Shown here: positions 7,901 through 11,861 of the stretch, one piece after another | Position numbering within the stretch: position 1 is the stretch's first letter | How the letters are laid out: every line of letters begins with the position of its first letter | Position numbers and translations under genes: made by a program | The notes under the pieces: model-generated | The model's input: the letters and a program-made list of their open reading frames with translations, nothing else | Databases searched by the model: none | Told to the model about the DNA's origin: nothing | Assembly (NCBI GenBank): GCA_033762115.1 | Contig: JANRLX010000032.1 | Coordinates: forward strand, 1 to 11,861 | Direction: 5' to 3' | Origin: Verrucomicrobiota bacterium | GTDB lineage: Bacteria; Verrucomicrobiota; Verrucomicrobiia; Limisphaerales; SXQI01 | DNA length: 11,861 nucleotides

Positions 7901-9039
7901 TCAGAGGTGTCAACGGTTCCAGCCGGGCGGGCGGTTCCCGCAACCAGAGTCTGGTAATTGTTTACCACGAAGCTCAGGTTCTGAGTCGAAGTCACTGCAG
8001 GGGTACCATTGTCAGAATAGATCAGTTCAATGGTGTTTGTGGACAATGGTGGAAGAGGAGTTGGCACCTGATAATCCACATAGGTGACTACTCCGGTTTT
8101 TCCGATTGTCGGAGTCACCAAGGTTCCATTCAGCGAAAGGCGGATGGAAGATTGGCTGATCTGCGTGGCGTCATCAGAGAACCGGGCGGAGATCGTCGGC
8201 AGGGCCTGAACTCCGGTCTGGTTATTTGCCGGGGTCACCAAGGTCGCATAGGCGCGATTTGGGAGCGCAGTTGAGGTCTGATATGCTTTGATCGCAGCAG
8301 GATCGGCAGGGTCGTTAATCAGGTGCTTGGTCAAGCCATCAGCATCAACACTGAAAAACTCGACGTTTGCACCACCGCCACCTTCCCACCAAACCAAACG
8401 AACTGGATAAATACCAGCCTGGTCAATTTTGAAGGAAAAGATTGTATCAGCGGAACCGCGGCCACCGCTGAATTCACCGACAGTCTGGGCGAGCATGTCG
8501 CGAATATTGGCGGCGGATGCGAAACTCACTTTGAATCCGTCATCTGAATTCACGCCGAACGTGTTTGTTCCGGCAGGAAGCTCCAGATAAGTGATCGTCT
8601 CCATGGCGATGTTATTATTGTCGGTTCCAATTCCAGGAATCGGATCGTCAGGAGTAAACGCACCAGCAGCACCAGCGGTTGGCGCCTCTGGAGTGGAAGC
8701 CTGGTTGTAATTGATCACATCAGTCTCAATGAACAATCCGTTCACAAAACCTTCAGCTGTTGTGTCGATCAAATTGACCCAAGGCTCATTTGTGGCCGGA
8801 TCGATTTGCAGGCCTGCCAGTTGAGATTCAGCCGCTGCGGTTGAGTTTGCATCAGCAAAACCGGTACGACCGGCGCCAATTTGATGGATTCTGATCTGGA
8901 AACCACGCTTGGTGGTATCGACGCTACTCGCGGGAACCGCTGCTGATGCTGGAATCGTTGGTGTCTGGGCAGACGTGATTCCTACACCAGCCAACAGCGC
9001 CAACGAGGAAAATAGGATTTTCTTTGTTGAGGTATGCAT
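4987..9039 (-). CDS. Large secreted/surface multidomain protein (~1350 aa): signal peptide, 3 PA14-like domains, 4 Ig-like domains, ConA/DUF1349-like domain, C-terminal conserved tail
   Basis: Sec signal MHTSTKKILFSSLALLAGVGITSA|Q (9039-8968). PA14-like motifs GVNSDDGF (twice) and IAADDNAELWL, each with a later ExGGG. I-set-like Ig (MQWLKGGTPV..AT..SL.I..LATTDSGDY), Big_5-like domain (P.VV..LEFSE...NY...GVTDLAGN) and ConA/DUF1349-like domain (GADIWG..D, WSKAG..VRE, WLRVTREGN, YVGLALTSH). An alternative start at ATG 9120 has an AAGGA Shine-Dalgarno. The track's start at 9270 is probably too far upstream. Confidence 0.88.
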   Translation of the reverse strand: MHTSTKKILFSSLALLAGVGITSAQTPTIPASAAVPASSVDTTKRGFQIRIHQIGAGRTGFADANSTAAAESQLAGLQIDPATNEPWVNLIDTTAEGFVNGLFIETDVINYNQASTPEAPTAGAAGAFTPDDPIPGIGTDNNNIAMETITYLELPAGTNTFGVNSDDGFKVSFASAANIRDMLAQTVGEFSGGRGSADTIFSFKIDQAGIYPVRLVWWEGGGGANVEFFSVDADGLTKHLINDPADPAAIKAYQTSTALPNRAYATLVTPANNQTGVQALPTISARFSDDATQISQSSIRLSLNGTLVTPTIGKTGVVTYVDYQVPTPLPPLSTNTIELIYSDNGTPAVTSTQNLSFVVNNYQTLVAGTARPAGTVDTSEANRGFTFNVHQADTTPDLANSTERAEAQLRGYLVNPATGEPYPNNATPGDTGTTFRVQVINMSQEGDTDTDATTGLPVDQGVFRASTNETLNFPDAAIPGIPAGADAAAVNNNIAGEFIAYLDLPAGVTTFGVNSDDGFRLYTGSNPYDRNNQSLGAFEGGRGGDTGTVFDIVTPTAGIYPIRLIWYEGGGGANVEFYTIKNGQRILVNDPSNPNAIKAYATSTAPNGPVVDRFSPANNAVATKAATIDIQISDKDSAVIESSLQLLVNGTAVTPTTGKTGAVTVLSYDPPGDLTIGSTQTVILRFTSDSTPAVNFSYTNQFVIGGELIRRIFTEVNGGSVNDLRNSAKYKDNLPDRVEAIPAYETPDQGIDNYGGEVLGYIRPKVSGDYEFWIAADDNAELWLSTDENPANRVLIARVTAWDNYREYTSSGGGSNLGVGGKRSGKITLQAGQRYFTQGFWKEGGGGDNFAVTWTPFGTTAVNGTPGISGPEIEPFTGVVFTSTGSTNTYLAGRSLSLSTSFVAANGGTAMQWLKGGTPVPDATTGSLNIASLATTDSGDYRLRVTDGTTEYLSPIFRVTVNADAVLPTVVRAGITTTGWVALEFSEQLTLAAAETAANYTVNGNPVDGVVQLTADGKYVLIQSSEITGTGTVTVGVAGVTDLAGNSVAANTSVVAVRDTNTYIDSVLGNPAPTVAGAAFSVGEDDYILLAGGADIWGPNDQGRFLGQKLAPGANFEAVVQIEHLESVNRWSKAGISVREGTTGTVEEVEVVDALTGNARALTAYVTPVGPTDDAADSGQGNNVYEAGVRAAVGGDTVGWQTSNPPPPFPNAWLRVTREGNTYRAFWGTNGTTWTQYASRVFATTNSIYVGLALTSHNDTGAEFLADAKFSNFSITVIDDVPTPTIGISRTGNTITISYTGVLQSRSSLTEGTWADVTGAPTGTVAAPATYNVNTTGDTDVYFRTRPATP
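6930..8940 (-). repeat. Intragenic tandem duplication of a ~350-aa PA14-like + Ig-like module (units ~8940-7950 and ~7935-6930)
   Basis: Shared protein motifs occur in the same order in both units: VDT..RGF...HQ, ANST..AE.QL.G, PAT.EP, VIN..Q, IPGI, NNNIA.E...YL.LPAG..TFGVNSDDGF, GGRG, AGIYP.RL.W.EGGGGANVEF, NDP..P.AIKAY, PANN and NGT.VTPT.GKTG.VT. The DD codons at 8539-8544 and 7489-7494 are 1050 nt apart. Confidence 0.92.
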
Positions 9040-9268
9040 GGGCCACTTTCTGTTGTTCTGAGAGGCCGCCGAAAATGAACCGGGGAACCGATCCTGTTCA
9101 GCGAACTGTTTGTTTCGCATATGAGTCCTTCTTTGTGAAAAGAAACCAGCAACTCCACCCAAAACGGCCCATTTTTGCTCCATTTTTGCGTATCCACGCG
9201 ACGACAGAGCTGTGAACCTTAAGACGGTTTTGCTGTTTTCTAACCACATTTTGTTTGGGAACTCCCAC

Positions 9269-9298
9269 ATTAGTAGAAGATTTCGTCGAATTTGGCAA
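9269..9298 (-). promoter_or_regulatory. Candidate sigma70 promoter for the large secreted-protein gene
   Basis: Minus strand reads TTGCCA (9298-9293), N17, TACTAAT. The -10 box is imperfect. Two short inverted repeats flank it (9300-9318 and 9256-9267). Confidence 0.35.
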
Positions 9299-9439
9299 TA
9301 GGAAATTTAATCTTTCCTGATACCTCCCTGACCTTTCGCCCTATGGAACAAGCAGTTTACCCCTTTTGCCTGCAATTAACCCCACCTGAGGGATTTATCA
9401 GACAGGTCCAGATTCTCCCGACCAGCCCCTTACGGATCT

Positions 9440-11587
9440 TCAGTTTGCCTGAGGGATTCTTTTCACTTCCAGGTCCCGGACCCAGGAATGGTGTTTTAAG
9501 GGGAAATAGGGGACGGTGGCGAGGTCAACCTGCGGATCCACAATTGCCTGAGCGGGTCGAAAATTGAGTGAAACTGCCGTCTCTGACTGAACAACAGGGT
9601 ATCGTCCAGTGATCTCCAGCCATTGCTTTGCCACTTTCCTGGCGTAACGCCGAAGCAAAAATGGCTGGGTGCTGATGTGCATTCCCTTTGAAAGGGGAAG
9701 GTCGCGGGAATGGTTCCAGAAAATTCGTGGCGGCTGATCTGACCGCTGCAACAAACAGAAGAGAGGCAATCGACTTCGAGTGGCAAGGTCGAAATTGGGC
9801 AGGAGCATTCTGCCTCGGCTTTCCCCAGGCACGCGCCACTCAGCCCGGTTGATGATAAATTGTTGTGGAGTGGGTTGTTGCACAATGGAATCTTCTATAA
9901 TGAGAAAAGGAGCATTGGCCACCGGTTCCCCTTCGATACCGAATGGTGAGACTCGACGCAAGACAGGCAGCATTTGACCATCTCCAGAGCGACCGTTTTT
10001 AAGGTCCAGCAGGTGCAAAAGATTTTCTCCGGGCGCGGGGGTCATGCCACGGCCCTGCAATGCCCTGGCATAGGCAGTCAGGATATTGGAAAGGGGAAGC
10101 GTCCGATGAACTGCAGCGGGGTTTTTTCCATAAAGCTCTTTCCAAATAGCATTTACCCGCTCGCGAGCTTGCGCTTCAGACATCATGGAAGCGTTTCCTG
10201 CAAGTGGATTGAATATAATACGTTCACCAGTATACGGTTCATATAAGGCAACTATTTCGGGCAGGGCGCTCCAGTTGATTTGCCCAGGTTTGACCGGTTG
10301 ATAAATGATTTTTTCACCCGGCCATGCGTTCCATGAAACTGACTCGGAACCGGGTTGTATAATGGCCTGGTCCTGCAGATAAATGGAACAGAGGGCCGCG
10401 CGGTAAACTTCTGCTTTCAATCGCCAGCTAAAGCTGAGGCCTTCGAAGGTAATGCGCGCATCGCCAGGAATCAGGAAATGTCGCGCAGGCATGACGAGTT
10501 GCCATGCGATCCATCCAGCGACAAAAAAATAAGTGATCGGCAGCAGTTTAAAGGGTGGCAGGGCAAGCGGCTGGACAGGTTTCGACCGCCAGCCCAAGGC
10601 AAAGCCGATCCCTGGAACGATGAGCGCTCCTTTTTTTAACCAGGGCCAGTCAGGGCGAGGCAGATATGGCGCTTTGATCCAGGCCCAAAATCGTTCCGGC
10701 CAGTCCGGATTCAGGAAGATAAACGCGGTTGTGATGCCTACCAGTGGGAACCAAACAATGTCTTCAAACAGGAGAAAGTGATTGGTTCCATGAAAAATCA
10801 ACATGCAGAGCATCCCCAGAAGGCGGGTTCTGGGGGCCAAAAGTAAAAATCCAACCGCCAGGTCAAAAGCTGCTCCTGTCCAACTTAGAAAATAGGCGAG
10901 TTTCTCACCATGCAAAAACGCCACGATTGAAGGAAAGTTTTGAAAGGGGGCAGTGACATGTGGTTGACTTAAAAAGTAGCGAACGGGTTGGGCATCCAGC
11001 AGCCAGTCACGGTTTATTTTAGCCACGCCTGCATAGAAGTAAGTGATGACAAGCTGAGCCCGGAGTAGAAAGAGACACCAATAAGGAACTGCGCCCGTCG
11101 ATCCCTCCCGGCGTCGCAGCCATGCATCGACGCTAAACCGGTTTGCAGCGGGCATCCAGATGAGCAGAAAAGTGATCAGCAACTCCAGGTAATAGTAGCT
11201 CATCCAATAGGTTCGATTGGATTCCAGGGCGTAAAGATAGCCCCAGCAGAGGAAAACCAGTCCTGCGGAAAGCCGATAACAGAACCCCAGGGTAACGCAG
11301 ATCGCCGCGATGCCCATGATGATCCCGACCAGCGACATTCCGGTGGGGGACAACAACGGCAGCCATTCAAAACCGGGATACGGAAAGGTAAACTGGATAT
11401 CAGGTCCCGTATAATAAACTTCCATCGGCACCTGCCCACCACTGCTCTGGGAAGGCTGAAATAATGAAAAGGCCTCAAGCACCATGACAATGCCGACAAA
11501 AATCCTGAACAACGCGAGGGAAGCCCCGTTGACCGGAACGGCCAAAACCCGCCGAAAATTTGACCAGTTGAACCGCGCAAATGCCAT
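9440..11587 (-). CDS. HTTM-domain / vitamin K-dependent gamma-carboxylase-like membrane protein (~715 aa)
   Basis: Family motifs SLALFRIFVG, FTFPYPGFEWL, LGFCYRLS, FSVDAW, VPYW..FLLRAQL..TYFYAGVAKINRDWL, FDL..GFLL, IFHGTN, EG..FSWR, TQP, VSLNFRP.Q..VDP.VDLA and W near the C-terminus, with several TM segments in the N-terminal half. Preferred start is ATG 11587; the alternative is TTG 11641. Confidence 0.9.
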   Translation of the reverse strand: MAFARFNWSNFRRVLAVPVNGASLALFRIFVGIVMVLEAFSLFQPSQSSGGQVPMEVYYTGPDIQFTFPYPGFEWLPLLSPTGMSLVGIIMGIAAICVTLGFCYRLSAGLVFLCWGYLYALESNRTYWMSYYYLELLITFLLIWMPAANRFSVDAWLRRREGSTGAVPYWCLFLLRAQLVITYFYAGVAKINRDWLLDAQPVRYFLSQPHVTAPFQNFPSIVAFLHGEKLAYFLSWTGAAFDLAVGFLLLAPRTRLLGMLCMLIFHGTNHFLLFEDIVWFPLVGITTAFIFLNPDWPERFWAWIKAPYLPRPDWPWLKKGALIVPGIGFALGWRSKPVQPLALPPFKLLPITYFFVAGWIAWQLVMPARHFLIPGDARITFEGLSFSWRLKAEVYRAALCSIYLQDQAIIQPGSESVSWNAWPGEKIIYQPVKPGQINWSALPEIVALYEPYTGERIIFNPLAGNASMMSEAQARERVNAIWKELYGKNPAAVHRTLPLSNILTAYARALQGRGMTPAPGENLLHLLDLKNGRSGDGQMLPVLRRVSPFGIEGEPVANAPFLIIEDSIVQQPTPQQFIINRAEWRVPGESRGRMLLPNFDLATRSRLPLFCLLQRSDQPPRIFWNHSRDLPLSKGMHISTQPFLLRRYARKVAKQWLEITGRYPVVQSETAVSLNFRPAQAIVDPQVDLATVPYFPLKHHSWVRDLEVKRIPQAN

Positions 11588-11669
11588 GGCGGGGGAAATT
11601 GGCACTGAAACAGAGTTGCGTAAAGAATCCAATTTGAGCAACCGGACAATCCGCCTGTCTGATCTTTCT

Positions 11670-11861
11670 ATGAAAAGGTACGGATGGGTGGCTTTGGTTT
11701 TAGCATGGGGAATCTTCCTGACAGGATGTGTGCCTTCCCTTTCTCCAATCTATACTGACAAGGATCTGATCAGTGATAAGAACCTGGAAGGGACTTTCAC
11801 TGAAGGGGAGACCGATCAATGGACATTCACAAAAATCGGCCCCAGGGAGTATCGGCTCGTG
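11670..11861 (+). CDS. Hypothetical lipoprotein, N-terminal 64 aa; gene continues off the right edge
   Basis: Not in the ORF track. ATG 11670 is open to the window end: MKRYGWVALVLAWGIFLTG-CVPSLSPIYTDKDLISDKNLEGTFTEGETDQWTFTKIGPREYRLV. It has a basic n-region, a hydrophobic h-region and the lipobox LTGC. Confidence 0.82.
   Translation, partial: MKRYGWVALVLAWGIFLTGCVPSLSPIYTDKDLISDKNLEGTFTEGETDQWTFTKIGPREYRLV

Noticed and set aside
7288..8274. 328-aa plus-strand ORF (also 5668-6261 and 4885-5274) inside or overlapping the large gene
   Set aside because: These are antisense ORFs in the same codon register as the real gene, as expected from its codon bias. They show no recognisable motifs.
4987..8967. 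About 19 N-X-S/T sequons suggesting N-glycosylation of the large protein
   Set aside because: The count is roughly what the high Asn/Ser/Thr content would give by chance, so no enrichment can be claimed.
9150..9240. c-di-GMP-I riboswitch-like words (GCAAAACC...ACGCAAA) in the leader
   Set aside because: The GNRA-capped P2 stem and the correct spacing to the P3/receptor are missing. I kept it only as a generic structured-leader hypothesis.
9121..9270. Longest-ORF start (9270) for the large protein
   Set aside because: It would put 77 residues before the signal peptide and overlaps the candidate promoter and leader.
11600..11620. Sigma54-like TGGCAC...TTGC upstream of the lipoprotein gene
   Set aside because: The spacer is 10 nt rather than the required 5 nt.
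1..11861. CRISPR arrays, tRNA/rRNA genes, IS elements, integrases, DGR-like nucleotide repeats and the remaining short overlapping ORFs
   Set aside because: I saw no regularly spaced nucleotide repeats, terminal inverted repeats or transposase/RT motifs. The duplication in the large gene is old and visible mainly at protein level. The other small ORFs are alternate-frame shadows of supported genes.

Overview
This is an 11.9 kb bacterial chromosomal window with about 52-54% GC (estimated by eye). The protein families suggest Verrucomicrobiota, probably Pedosphaerales-like, which is an inference. Almost all genes lie on the minus strand. Read right to left they are: an HTTM / vitamin K-dependent gamma-carboxylase-like membrane protein with a ~210-aa insertion and a changed active-site motif; a ~1350-aa Cys-free secreted multidomain protein ending at a strong terminator (2x[PA14-like + Ig-like], a third PA14, two Ig folds, a ConA/DUF1349-like domain and a C-terminal putative sorting motif); a tightly coupled purB-SDR-ROK kinase operon whose ROK lacks the Zn-Cys motif; a stand-alone receiver protein behind a sigma28-like promoter; an HTH-fused metallo-beta-lactamase-fold hydrolase; and the 5' end of an AlgI/DltB-like MBOAT gene. 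The start of a divergent lipoprotein gene lies at the right edge. The two edge genes are missing from the supplied ORF track and were translated by hand. I saw no RNA genes, CRISPR arrays or mobile elements. The best candidate for an undescribed system is the atypical carboxylase-like enzyme next to a large, putatively Ca2+-binding surface lectin, but any functional link between them is only a hypothesis.
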